From Candidatus Nanoarchaeia archaeon (lineage in GTDB: Archaea > Nanobdellota > Nanobdellia > SCGC-AAA011-G17 > JAFCDX01), in NCBI GenBank assembly GCA_041651575.1, contig JBAZJB010000001.1:74430-138429 (forward strand): a stretch of 64,000 nt of DNA, given 5' to 3'. Below the pieces are notes generated by a model. The model had not been told where the DNA came from and did not search any database. It saw only the letters and a program-made list of their open reading frames with translations. The position numbers and the translations under genes were made by a program. Every line of letters starts with the position of its first letter. Positions within the stretch are counted from its first letter, which is position 1. Positions 10,488 through 19,563 of the stretch are shown piece by piece.

Positions 10488-11894
10488 ATGAAAACAACTC
10501 TTATTTTTCCTCCATTTGAGAGAGAAATCAATGATAATCTGCAAATAAGCACAGTTAAGAAATTTGCAGGAGTCCCTGTACCTTTAAGTTTAATGTATAT
10601 TGCCGCTACATTAGAACAAGCAGGTCATGATGTTACCATTCTAGATGCAAATGCTTTGGGTTATACAAAAGACCAAATTATTTCTTATCTTAAAGAAAGA
10701 AAAGTAGAAGTTGTAGGTCTGACTGTAACTACATTAACTTATCATAAAGAAGCGGCATGGATAGAAGCCATAAAAAAAGAACTTCCTGATGTAACAATGA
10801 TTGTTGGAGGAAAACATGCCTGGTATTATTCTAAAGAATTACTAAAAAATAAATATATAGATTATGTTTTTGTTGGAGAAGCAGATAATTCTATTGTAGA
10901 ATTTGCAAATGCTTGGGATAAAGATCAGAAAAAATTAAAAAAAATAAAAGGGGTTTGGTCTAGAAATGGAAATAAAATAATTGATAATGGAATGTCAGAT
11001 CCCATTACAGATTTAGATTCTTTACCTTTCCCTGCAAGACACATGTTACCTTTAGGAAATTATTGTACTTTTATAACTAAAAAACAAAAGTTTTCTACTA
11101 TGATTACAACAAGAGGATGTGTAGGAAGATGTACTTTTTGTGATGGTCATTTAGATAGATATAGGGCAAGAAGTGCAGAAAAAGTTGTACAAGAAATGCA
11201 ATTAGCTTATGATATGGGTGTAAGAGAAATAGAATTGTATGATGACGCATTTACAATAAATAAACAAAGAGCAAGAGATATATGTGAAGGCATCAAAAAA
11301 AGAAAATTAAAATTAAGATGGGATATGAGAACAAGAGTTGATATGGTTGATGAAGAAATATTAAAAATTTTAAAATCTGCAGGATGTTGCAGAATTAATT
11401 ATGGTATTGAATCTGGAGATCAGGGAATTTTAAATTTTATGAAGAAAGATATTACTCTTGAGAAAGTTGAAAAAGCAGTTTTATTAAGTAAAAAATTAGG
11501 ATTTGAAGTTTTTGGTTATTTTATTCTTGGATGTCCTGGAGAAACTGAAGAAACTTTGAAAAAAACAATTGAATTCTCTAGAAAATATCCTTTTGATTAT
11601 GTTCAATTTACAAGAATGGTTCCTCTACCAAGAACAGAGTTGTATAGACAATATATGGAAGAAAAAGGACAGGATTATTGGTTAGAATATACTCAAGGTC
11701 AACATAAAGATGAACAAATTCATTTAGTTGGTACGCAGTTATCTGAAAAAAGAATAGAAGAGGCAGTTAAAAATGCTTATAGGGGATTTTATCTAAGGCC
11801 AAAACAAGTTTTAAAAACTCTTTTACGTACTAGATCCTTTGGTGAATTGAATAAATACATTAGTGCAGGAATTAATTTTGTATTTAAAAAATAA
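10488..11894 (+). CDS. B12-binding domain radical SAM protein
   Basis: B12-binding-like N-terminus (LSLMYIAATLEQAGHDVTILD) and 'TRGCVGRCTFCDG' CxxxCxxC. Confidence 0.65.
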   Translation: MKTTLIFPPFEREINDNLQISTVKKFAGVPVPLSLMYIAATLEQAGHDVTILDANALGYTKDQIISYLKERKVEVVGLTVTTLTYHKEAAWIEAIKKELPDVTMIVGGKHAWYYSKELLKNKYIDYVFVGEADNSIVEFANAWDKDQKKLKKIKGVWSRNGNKIIDNGMSDPITDLDSLPFPARHMLPLGNYCTFITKKQKFSTMITTRGCVGRCTFCDGHLDRYRARSAEKVVQEMQLAYDMGVREIELYDDAFTINKQRARDICEGIKKRKLKLRWDMRTRVDMVDEEILKILKSAGCCRINYGIESGDQGILNFMKKDITLEKVEKAVLLSKKLGFEVFGYFILGCPGETEETLKKTIEFSRKYPFDYVQFTRMVPLPRTELYRQYMEEKGQDYWLEYTQGQHKDEQIHLVGTQLSEKRIEEAVKNAYRGFYLRPKQVLKTLLRTRSFGELNKYISAGINFVFKK

Positions 11895-11958
11895 GGTAGT
11901 TTTAAAAACAGTAAATTCTATAATAAGGTTTAAATAATTTTCTCTTCTACGAATATTA

Positions 11959-12744
11959 ATGGTAAAAATAGGTATTATTGGGGGTTCTGGGTTGGATAAT
12001 CCAGGTTTATTAACTGAGTATAAAGAAGTTAGTGTAAAAACTCCATATGGATCACCAAGTTCTAAATTAGTTTGTGGAAAAATAAATAACGTTGATGTTG
12101 TTATTTTATCCAGACATGGAAAAGATCATACTATCATGCCTACAAATGTAAATTCCCAAGCAAATATTTTTGCTCTTAAAAAATTAGGTTGTACTCACGT
12201 AATTGCTACAACTGCTTGTGGTTCTTTAAATAAAAAAATAAAACCAGGAACTTTAGTATTGCCTAATCAATTTATTGATAGAACTACAAAAAGAAAACAA
12301 ACTTTTTTTGAAAAAGGAAAAGTATGTCATATTTCTATGGAAGAGCCTTTTTGTAAAGCTTTAAGATTATTAATTGGACAAACAATAAAAGAATTAAAAT
12401 TAAATTATCAAACTGATAAAACTGTTGTTACAATTGAAGGTCCAAGATTTTCTTCAAGAGCAGAATCTTTAATGAATCAAAAATTTGGAGGAGATATTGT
12501 AAATATGTCTACTGTTCCTGAAGTTGTTTTAGCTAGAGAAGCAGGTTTATGTTATCAAGCTATTGCAATGGTAACTGATTATGATTGTTTTATGGAACAT
12601 AAAGAAAATGTTAGTTGGGAACAAATTTCTAAAATCATGAGTAAGAATGCAGACAATGTTAAAAACATATTAGTTAATGTTATTAATAAAATAAATTATG
12701 ATCACTGTATTTGCAGAGACTCTTTAAAGAGTGCGTTGGTTTAA
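11959..12744 (+). CDS. mtnP: 5'-methylthioadenosine / purine nucleoside phosphorylase
   Basis: 'MVKIGIIGGSGL' N-terminus and the overall PNP/MTAP-family pattern. Confidence 0.65.
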   Translation: MVKIGIIGGSGLDNPGLLTEYKEVSVKTPYGSPSSKLVCGKINNVDVVILSRHGKDHTIMPTNVNSQANIFALKKLGCTHVIATTACGSLNKKIKPGTLVLPNQFIDRTTKRKQTFFEKGKVCHISMEEPFCKALRLLIGQTIKELKLNYQTDKTVVTIEGPRFSSRAESLMNQKFGGDIVNMSTVPEVVLAREAGLCYQAIAMVTDYDCFMEHKENVSWEQISKIMSKNADNVKNILVNVINKINYDHCICRDSLKSALV

Positions 12745-13049
12745 CAACTGAATACAGAACAAGTTATATTTAAATTAGGGCAAGTCAATCCTTTTTCATT
12801 AGAATCTATTTTTTCATTACCATTTAAATCTACATTAAATTTATTGTTACAGAAAATTTCTTTTAATTCTATAGCGGGATAGGTTTCATATTGTATACAA
12901 TAATTATTACACCTGTTTGTTACTTCTGGAAGATTTAATGGATATTCTATAAAAGTTCTAGTCTTACTATGGTCGATAAATCCAATAATAAATAACCCTA
13001 TTAAAATAAGAAGCATTAAAATAACAACAATTAATATTCCTTTTTTCAT
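12741..13049 (-). CDS. Small Cys-rich membrane-anchored protein (possible class III signal 'MKKG|ILIVVIL')
   Basis: N-terminal KKG followed by a long hydrophobic stretch. Cys-rich C-terminus. Confidence 0.3.
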   Translation of the reverse strand: MKKGILIVVILMLLILIGLFIIGFIDHSKTRTFIEYPLNLPEVTNRCNNYCIQYETYPAIELKEIFCNNKFNVDLNGNEKIDSNEKGLTCPNLNITCSVFSC

Positions 13050-13104
13050 AATCTATACAAACTTTTAACCTTTATAACTTTTTCTTAAGAGTGCTTTGGT
13101 GTAA

Positions 13105-13386
13105 TTATTTTTCTTCTAAGGCATAAGTACCATTTAACATTTTTAATTTACCGTTTTCAACATACCTTATTCCTGAACCATTTTCATTTACTTCTACATA
13201 AGAATTATAAATATCTTTTTCTAATATAACTTTACCATTACAATCAAAAAGAGTAACATGATAATTTTTTTTATTAAAATCTCTTGATATATCATTACTA
13301 AAATTACTACAAGTACCACAATTTTGGTTAAAAGTAAAAACCAAAGCGGCTAATCCTGTCAATGCAACTTTTGCTAATTTATTCAT
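13105..13386 (-). CDS. Small secreted protein
   Basis: Sec-type signal peptide MNKLAKVALTGLAALVF. BRE/TATA about 30 nt upstream at 13416-13423. Confidence 0.35.
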   Translation of the reverse strand: MNKLAKVALTGLAALVFTFNQNCGTCSNFSNDISRDFNKKNYHVTLFDCNGKVILEKDIYNSYVEVNENGSGIRYVENGKLKMLNGTYALEEK

Positions 13387-13478
13387 TTTAATATATAGGT
13401 TATAGTATATAGTTATTTATAAATCTTTTGTTTATTAAAAGACTAAGTTTATATATAACCCTCTTGGTATGGTGTAAA

Positions 13479-13829
13479 ATGAAAAAGATATTATTAATTT
13501 TAAGTTTATTATTTGTAATTGGTTTAGTAAATGCTTCTAATGAAACCTTTAAAACCTCTTTTGGTGAAACAACTTGTGTTGAAAATGATTATAATTTTAC
13601 TGAATGGTCTAAATGCGTAGAAGGTGGAAAAGCAGTAAGAAGTTATACTTTACTTGATAATCATTGTAGAGTAAATGAAAAAGTATATGTTCCTGAAATT
13701 GAAAAAGATTGTTTTTATATTACTGAAGAACCAGTGTATAAATCCATAGAAAATATTACTGAAGAAGTTGTTGTAGAAAAGGGTTTCTTTTTTAGTATTT
13801 GGGATTGGATTAAAGGATTATTCTCTTAA
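13479..13829 (+). CDS. Small secreted protein (start probably the internal ATG at 13479)
   Basis: 'MKKILLILSLLFVIGLVNAS' signal peptide begins at the internal Met. The track ORF starts at 13428. Confidence 0.35.
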   Translation: MKKILLILSLLFVIGLVNASNETFKTSFGETTCVENDYNFTEWSKCVEGGKAVRSYTLLDNHCRVNEKVYVPEIEKDCFYITEEPVYKSIENITEEVVVEKGFFFSIWDWIKGLFS

Positions 13830-13937
13830 AAGGTTAGATTTATATATAGTAAATGAATAAAAAGATTTAAATACTATTAAATTGAATAAATAGGTAACCT
13901 ATATACTTAAGTATGTAGATTAGGGGTAAAAACAAAA

Positions 13938-14996
13938 ATGAAAAATTTAAAATTTATATTAGGACTTTTTATTCTATTAGTAATGCCTTTAACATTAGCT
14001 CACCCTGTACTTATGGGAGACTGTGATGGAAACGGTGTTCTTGAATTACCTGATTATATGTGTAATGAACTTATAATGGCAAATCAAATTACTAAAGCAA
14101 ATTGTTATATTCCAGGTTGTATGAATTTTGATTTTAATGGAAATAAAATACTTATTGAAATTCAAGATTATACAACTTTTCAGCAAGTATTTGTAAATCA
14201 TCAAATAATATATTGGATTCATGATTTAGATAATGATGGATTCGATTCAACTGATGCAACTGGTGCAATAGTAGATTGTAATGATGGGGATGCAACAATA
14301 TATCCTGGCGCAACAGAAACATGTAATAATGTAGATGATAATTGTGATGGTTCTATTGATGAATCTTTAACAATAGCAACAGTAAATATTCTTGGAGAGT
14401 GTTTAGCTAATACTCAAACTTGTTCAGCAGGAATATGGTCTGATGATTTAACCAATTATATACCTGTAGCAGAAATTTGTGATGCAAAAGACAATGATTG
14501 TAATGGTCTAATAGATGATGGATTAGTATTTTCTAATTATTATGAAGATATTGATGCAGATGGATATGGAAATTTAGCAGTAATACAAAATGCTTGCGCA
14601 TTAGTACTTAATTACGTTTTAGATAGTACTGATTGTATTGATAATGATGGAAATATACATCCGGGTTCAACTATGTGTGGATCTATAGATTATAATTGTG
14701 ATGGAATTGTAGACGCTTGTCCAGCAGTTGCTAGTTCTAGCGGTGGTGGAGGCGGTGGCGGAAGTTCAAGAGGTAAAGTAAAACCAGTTATAAATACAGT
14801 AACACCTGTTGTTCCAACTCCAGTTATAGAAGAATCTAAACAAGAGCCTGTTCAAGAAACACAAGAGAATAATTTAATTACAGGTGCAGCAACAACTGAT
14901 GCAGAAAATAGTGGAACAAGTGGTTTAACCATTGGTTTAATCCTTTTGGCATTAATTGTAGTAGCAGGTTTATTCTATTGGAAGAAATCTAGATGA
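13938..14996 (+). CDS. Cell-surface Cys-rich protein with MopE-like putative metal-binding repeats, Gly/Thr-Pro linker and C-terminal TM anchor
   Basis: Signal peptide. Repeats 'CNNVDDNCDGSIDE', 'CDAKDNDCNGLIDDG', 'CGSIDYNCDGIVDAC'. 'SSGGGGGGGSS' linker, Pro/Thr-rich stretch, C-terminal hydrophobic helix and 'KKSR' tail. Confidence 0.55.
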   Translation: MKNLKFILGLFILLVMPLTLAHPVLMGDCDGNGVLELPDYMCNELIMANQITKANCYIPGCMNFDFNGNKILIEIQDYTTFQQVFVNHQIIYWIHDLDNDGFDSTDATGAIVDCNDGDATIYPGATETCNNVDDNCDGSIDESLTIATVNILGECLANTQTCSAGIWSDDLTNYIPVAEICDAKDNDCNGLIDDGLVFSNYYEDIDADGYGNLAVIQNACALVLNYVLDSTDCIDNDGNIHPGSTMCGSIDYNCDGIVDACPAVASSSGGGGGGGSSRGKVKPVINTVTPVVPTPVIEESKQEPVQETQENNLITGAATTDAENSGTSGLTIGLILLALIVVAGLFYWKKSR

Positions 14997-15066
14997 TTTC
15001 TTTTAATTTTTTTCTTTTTAAATAACATAAGGAAAGTTTTAAAAGGTATTTAGTTTTACATTTAAA

Positions 15067-15657
15067 ATGAGTTTAATCACAAAAATTGAACAAAGTTTAA
15101 TTGAAAAACATCTATTGTATAATTCTGCTAGGGGTTCTGGTAATGGAGAAGAAGTTCAAATAGTTCATTTTAATGTTTTTCCTCAAGTAGGTTTATACAA
15201 TTTAATTCATTTACACTGTTTTTTTAATTATGTAAGAAAGGATTTGGAACCTACTACAGAAAAAGATTTTGATATAGAAGAAGGTAAATTAATTTTAGGA
15301 ACAATGAACTTTCAAGAAAAGTTAGGAATTTTAAAAGAAGTAACTACTAAAACACCAAGTATAAGCTTAAGAAGTAAAGACTTTATTCACCTTTATCCAA
15401 GATTAAAAACGTTGGAAAGACCGGTTAAAACTTCTGAACAAAAAACTCTTTTATCTTTTCTTAGTATTGATTTATATCCTAGTAAGTTAATTTATGCAGA
15501 TTTATTTTCTGAAAGAAAGAAGGAAATAACTGTAAAAGATCTTAAAAAATATGAATCAGAAGAATTAACAAGGTTTATGAAAGGGTTACATATTTCAAAA
15601 TATGAAGCAAAACAGATGCTCAGAAATCAAATGGAGTTTATAGGTATAACCTTATAA
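15067..15657 (+). CDS. Hypothetical protein
   Basis: ORF only. No recognisable motif. Confidence 0.3.
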   Translation: MSLITKIEQSLIEKHLLYNSARGSGNGEEVQIVHFNVFPQVGLYNLIHLHCFFNYVRKDLEPTTEKDFDIEEGKLILGTMNFQEKLGILKEVTTKTPSISLRSKDFIHLYPRLKTLERPVKTSEQKTLLSFLSIDLYPSKLIYADLFSERKKEITVKDLKKYESEELTRFMKGLHISKYEAKQMLRNQMEFIGITL

Positions 15658-15704
15658 AATTCTCTTAAGGAAACATTTAAATATAAATTCTATTAATAAA
15701 TAAT

Positions 15705-16268
15705 ATGTTTGATTTAGCAAAAACATTTTTAGCAATTGGAATTGCAGTAATTTTTGCAATATTTATCGGTTATGGACTTCATGTTGTTTATGAAATTCCA
15801 ACAGCGTATAGTTCTCATAATAGTGAATGTTCTAAGACATATAAATGTGAACAACAAATTTATGATTGTCAAAAACAATATACAAGTGATAGTGGAATGG
15901 CAAGAGATTGTTATTCTAGTGTTCCACAAACCCCCCAATATAAAACCTGTCAAGAAAATTTATTTAAATGTAATGAAGAAGCTACTAAAAAAAGTCCTCA
16001 GTATATTCATTCAAGAAATAGTTTTTACATTTTAATACTTATTGGAATAATTACTATAATAACTGGTCTTTTCTTATCAAGTTTAGAAGGAATTGGTTCT
16101 GGTTTGATAGGTGGAGGAGTTTTAGTTGTAATTTGGTCTTTATTTTACACAGCAAGATATTGGTCTACCTTGCCTAAATATCTTAAATTAGCTGCATTAG
16201 GAATTGTTTTAGTAGTCTTAATCTACTTTGGTTATAAAAAATTAGAAAGTAGACAAACAACTTTATAA
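15705..16268 (+). CDS. Hypothetical membrane protein with Cys-rich extracytoplasmic segment
   Basis: N- and C-terminal TM helices flanking a Cys-rich loop. Confidence 0.35.
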   Translation: MFDLAKTFLAIGIAVIFAIFIGYGLHVVYEIPTAYSSHNSECSKTYKCEQQIYDCQKQYTSDSGMARDCYSSVPQTPQYKTCQENLFKCNEEATKKSPQYIHSRNSFYILILIGIITIITGLFLSSLEGIGSGLIGGGVLVVIWSLFYTARYWSTLPKYLKLAALGIVLVVLIYFGYKKLESRQTTL

Positions 16269-16278
16269 ATTCTTTAAT

Positions 16279-16599
16279 TTAAACTTTTATTAACTGTTTA
16301 TTCTCTAGAACTTCTAAGTCTTGAATTAATAACTTATTAAATAACTCAATCAATTTTTTTATGGATTCATTTTTAACATTTAGTTTATACAATTGAGCTC
16401 TTCCAATTGCTCTTGTTTTAACAACCATATTATTTTTTATAAATTTTGGAAATAGTCTATGAACTGTTCTCCAGCTTACCCCAGAGTTATTTGCAATATC
16501 TGTTAAAGAATAATCAAAATCTTTACCTTCTATTAAAAATTCCAATATTCTAGTTGTAGGATTATTTCCCATGAACTCTCTAAATAGTGTATTTTTCAT
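16279..16599 (-). CDS. Winged-helix DNA-binding protein
   Basis: 'SLTDIANNSGVSWRTVHRLFPKF' HTH-like segment. 4-nt overlap with the HEPN gene. Confidence 0.45.
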   Translation of the reverse strand: MKNTLFREFMGNNPTTRILEFLIEGKDFDYSLTDIANNSGVSWRTVHRLFPKFIKNNMVVKTRAIGRAQLYKLNVKNESIKKLIELFNKLLIQDLEVLENKQLIKV

Positions 16600-17072
16600 T
16601 TTTTTTCAATTATAGCTTTTATTAAAGACACAAATTTTATTGCATTTTCAATTGATTCCTTCGCATAAGGGATATTTGCATTCGAATTGATATTATATGT
16701 AAATCTGCCTCTTTTCTTTTTTTCTGAATAAAAAATGTTTAAAAGAATTTCAGCTTTTTCTGCTTCTAGATCGTAAATTTCTAATAAATGCCTGTCAATT
16801 TTACCAGAATCAACGAGTCTTTTAAATTCATCATAAGTTTTTTTATGTTCTTCTGGAGCAGCGGTTTTTATTTCTTCCAATAACAAATAGGCTTTTGCTA
16901 CGTAAAAAATAGCATAATAACATTCTGAAATAACATCATTAAAAAAGGTTTGATTACTTTGTAATTTAAGAGTATTTTTTAATTCTTTATTTATAGATAT
17001 ATCAAAATTTGTTTTTGCAAGAATAATTTCATTTTCAGCTCTTTCAAGATATAATTTAACCATTGAATCCAT
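16596..17072 (-). CDS. HEPN-domain protein
   Basis: 'YYAIFYVAKAYLLLEEI' helix typical of HEPN. Overlaps the upstream MNT gene by 17 nt. Confidence 0.55.
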   Translation of the reverse strand: MDSMVKLYLERAENEIILAKTNFDISINKELKNTLKLQSNQTFFNDVISECYYAIFYVAKAYLLLEEIKTAAPEEHKKTYDEFKRLVDSGKIDRHLLEIYDLEAEKAEILLNIFYSEKKKRGRFTYNINSNANIPYAKESIENAIKFVSLIKAIIEKK

Positions 17073-17661
17073 TTTTGATAGCCTCCCTTATTAATTCATA
17101 ATAAATATATGCATTCTTTAAGATAATGTTGGATTTAAATATTTCCTTTCCATAATTCTCTTTTTCATCAAGCAACATTTCTATAATATCTTTATTATTA
17201 AATACATATAAATGTATTTTTGGATAAAATAATAAAGTTATATTTTCAACAAGTTTTTGAATATCTATTGCTTTTTCATGGTCTGGAATTACTATAACTA
17301 AATCCAAATCAGAACTTTTTGTTGCTTTACCTTTAGCATAACTTCCTGTAACAATTAAAAGGTATTGAGAAATCTCTCTAATAGACATTAATTTTTCATA
17401 GTTTGGTAATTTCTTCTCCATTGCTTCTTGTTCTTCTAAAAAGGATAGTTGGGCTATTGACTGAATTGTTAAGGGTAACGAGATAATATTAGAACTTCCA
17501 ATTTTTTCTGATTTTAAGATATTATTTTTTTCAAGATATTTTATAGCTTCATAAACTTTAGGATAAGCTTTATTGAGTTTTTTTGCTAGTTGTAATATAC
17601 TTGTTTTTAGAAAAATATCCTTTCTAAACAAATTTAAGATTCTTAGTTGGTTTTTTAACAT
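17056..17661 (-). CDS. Winged-helix plus minimal nucleotidyltransferase (MNT) domain protein
   Basis: 'GSYAKGKATKSSDLDLVIV' nucleotidyltransferase motif (hG[GS]...DhD). N-terminal wHTH-like region. Confidence 0.6.
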   Translation of the reverse strand: MLKNQLRILNLFRKDIFLKTSILQLAKKLNKAYPKVYEAIKYLEKNNILKSEKIGSSNIISLPLTIQSIAQLSFLEEQEAMEKKLPNYEKLMSIREISQYLLIVTGSYAKGKATKSSDLDLVIVIPDHEKAIDIQKLVENITLLFYPKIHLYVFNNKDIIEMLLDEKENYGKEIFKSNIILKNAYIYYELIREAIKNGFNG

Positions 17662-17771
17662 ATTTGTACCTTTTTAGGTATAACATTATACTCTTTTAGG
17701 TATATAAATCTTTCTTTTTTAAAAATGGTCTAATTTTATATATACTTGATTATTCAAATTAACATAGAAAA

Positions 17772-18503
17772 ATGTTAATAGATGCACATTGTCATTTAGA
17801 TTTTGAAGAGTTTGACAAAGATATAGATTTAGTTATAAAAAGATTTCCAGGCATAATAATCCAAAATGCAGTTAGTCTAGATTCTATGAAAAAATCATTA
17901 ATAATAGCAAAGAAATACAATAACGTTAAGTTAGCATTTGGTGTTTATCCAACAAGAGCTTTAGAATTAACTGAAAAAGACTTTGAAAAAGCATTATCTT
18001 TTATAAGAGAAAATAAAGACAATATAATTGCTCTAGGTGAAATAGGTTTAGAATACAAAGAAAGTCAAGAAAGAGAAAAACAAATAATTAATTTAAAAAA
18101 ATTACTAAAATTGGCAGAAGAAATAAAAAAACCATTAATAGTACATTCAAGAAAAGCAGAATTAGAAGTTCTAGAACTATTAAAAAATTCAAAAGTAAAA
18201 GTAGTACTACATTGTTTTAATGGAAATACAACCGCAGTAAGAACGGCTTTAGAATATAACTTTTATTTTTCAGTACCAACTAATATATCAAATTCAAAAA
18301 ACTTAAAAAAATTAGTAAAAATAGTTCCTATAGATAGAATTCTAACAGAAACAGATGCTCCTTATTTAAGTCCAATAAAAGGGCAAAGAAATGAACCTTT
18401 GAATGTTAAACATACAATTAAAGTAATTTCAGAAATAAAACATATTACAGAAGAAAACGTAGAAGAACAAATATACAGGAATTATAAACTAATCTTTGAA
18501 TAA
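17772..18503 (+). CDS. tatD: TatD-family metal-dependent hydrolase/DNase
   Basis: 'MLIDAHCHLDF' N-terminal motif and 'HCF' motif. Confidence 0.7.
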   Translation: MLIDAHCHLDFEEFDKDIDLVIKRFPGIIIQNAVSLDSMKKSLIIAKKYNNVKLAFGVYPTRALELTEKDFEKALSFIRENKDNIIALGEIGLEYKESQEREKQIINLKKLLKLAEEIKKPLIVHSRKAELEVLELLKNSKVKVVLHCFNGNTTAVRTALEYNFYFSVPTNISNSKNLKKLVKIVPIDRILTETDAPYLSPIKGQRNEPLNVKHTIKVISEIKHITEENVEEQIYRNYKLIFE

Positions 18504-19220
18504 TTTATCATAAATTTCGTCTTTGGGTATTTCTTTAAATTGTCTTAAACCTAATTTTTCTAATTTTATTTTTCCTATGGAAATTCTTTTTAGTTCTTTA
18601 ACAGTATAACCTAAAGCACCAAACATTCTTCTTATTTGTCTTTTTTTACCTTCTTTTATAGTAATTATTACTTCTTTAGGACCAATTTTATGTGCTTTTG
18701 CTGGTCTTGTTCTATAATCTTTATCATCCAATAAAATAGTTACTCCTGTATCTAATCTTTTTAAATCCCAATCTGAAATATCTCTATCTAATAAAACTTG
18801 ATAAGATTTTTTAATATGATTTTTTGGATTAGAAATTTTAGAAGCTAACATACCGTCATTAGTTATTATAATTAATCCTGAAGAATCTACATCTAATCTC
18901 CCTACAGTAAAACAAGATCTTCTTGTTGCTTCATCAACTTTTAATTCTTTTTCTATGATATTATAAATAGATTTTGGTTCGTTTTTCTGACAGCTAATCC
19001 TTTTTGGTTTGTTAAATAAGAAATATACTTTTCTTGCTGGTTCTAATCTTTCTTCATTATAATAAACATTGGTTTCTTTTGTATCAACTCTATAATTTGG
19101 ATTGTTAATTATTTCAGTTCTAATTTTAATTTCATTATTTCTTATAGCTTTCATTACCTCGTCCTTAGTCCTAAAAGCTCCTGATTTGGATAATACCTGA
19201 TGTAACCTTAATTTTACCAT
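18489..19220 (-). CDS. RsuA/RluB-family pseudouridine synthase with S4 domain
   Basis: N-terminal S4-like 'LRLHQVLSKSGAFRTKDEVMKAIRNNEIKI' and catalytic 'GRLDVDSSGLIIITNDG'. Confidence 0.65.
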   Translation of the reverse strand: MVKLRLHQVLSKSGAFRTKDEVMKAIRNNEIKIRTEIINNPNYRVDTKETNVYYNEERLEPARKVYFLFNKPKRISCQKNEPKSIYNIIEKELKVDEATRRSCFTVGRLDVDSSGLIIITNDGMLASKISNPKNHIKKSYQVLLDRDISDWDLKRLDTGVTILLDDKDYRTRPAKAHKIGPKEVIITIKEGKKRQIRRMFGALGYTVKELKRISIGKIKLEKLGLRQFKEIPKDEIYDKLFKD

Positions 19221-19562
19221 TTATTTATAACCAAATAATTTATTATATTCTTTGTGGTCCATAATTTTTAAAACAAATAAGAATATAGTAATGGTATCTC
19301 CTTCTATTGTATAAAGCATTCTCCAATAATTTGATAATTCTACCCTATATAAATTTTGAATTCCCATTTTTTTAAATTCAGAAGGAATTAGTTCTTTTTT
19401 AATGGGATCTCCATATTGCGGATTTTTCTTTAATATATCTTTTATTCTATTAAAAGAATTTAATATGGATTTTGCTTCTTTATCATTGCTTTTTTTTAAT
19501 TCTAAATAAGATTCTTCTGCATCTCCTTTTAAAAGTATTTTTACTTCTTTTCCAAAAAACAT
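19221..19562 (-). CDS. RelE/ParE-family toxin-like protein
   Basis: C-terminal 'LYRVELSNYWRMLYTIEGDTITIFLFVLKIMDHKEY' follows the RelE/ParE pattern. Confidence 0.5.
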   Translation of the reverse strand: MFFGKEVKILLKGDAEESYLELKKSNDKEAKSILNSFNRIKDILKKNPQYGDPIKKELIPSEFKKMGIQNLYRVELSNYWRMLYTIEGDTITIFLFVLKIMDHKEYNKLFGYK

Positions 19563-19563
19563 T

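Noticed and set aside
14740-14770. G-rich runs (here and at 54375-54420) as possible G-quadruplex or simple-sequence repeats
   Set aside because: Both are in-frame and encode poly-Gly linkers (SSGGGGGGGSS and GGPGGGAAGGGGGGGA) between the extracellular domains and the C-terminal TM anchors of surface proteins.
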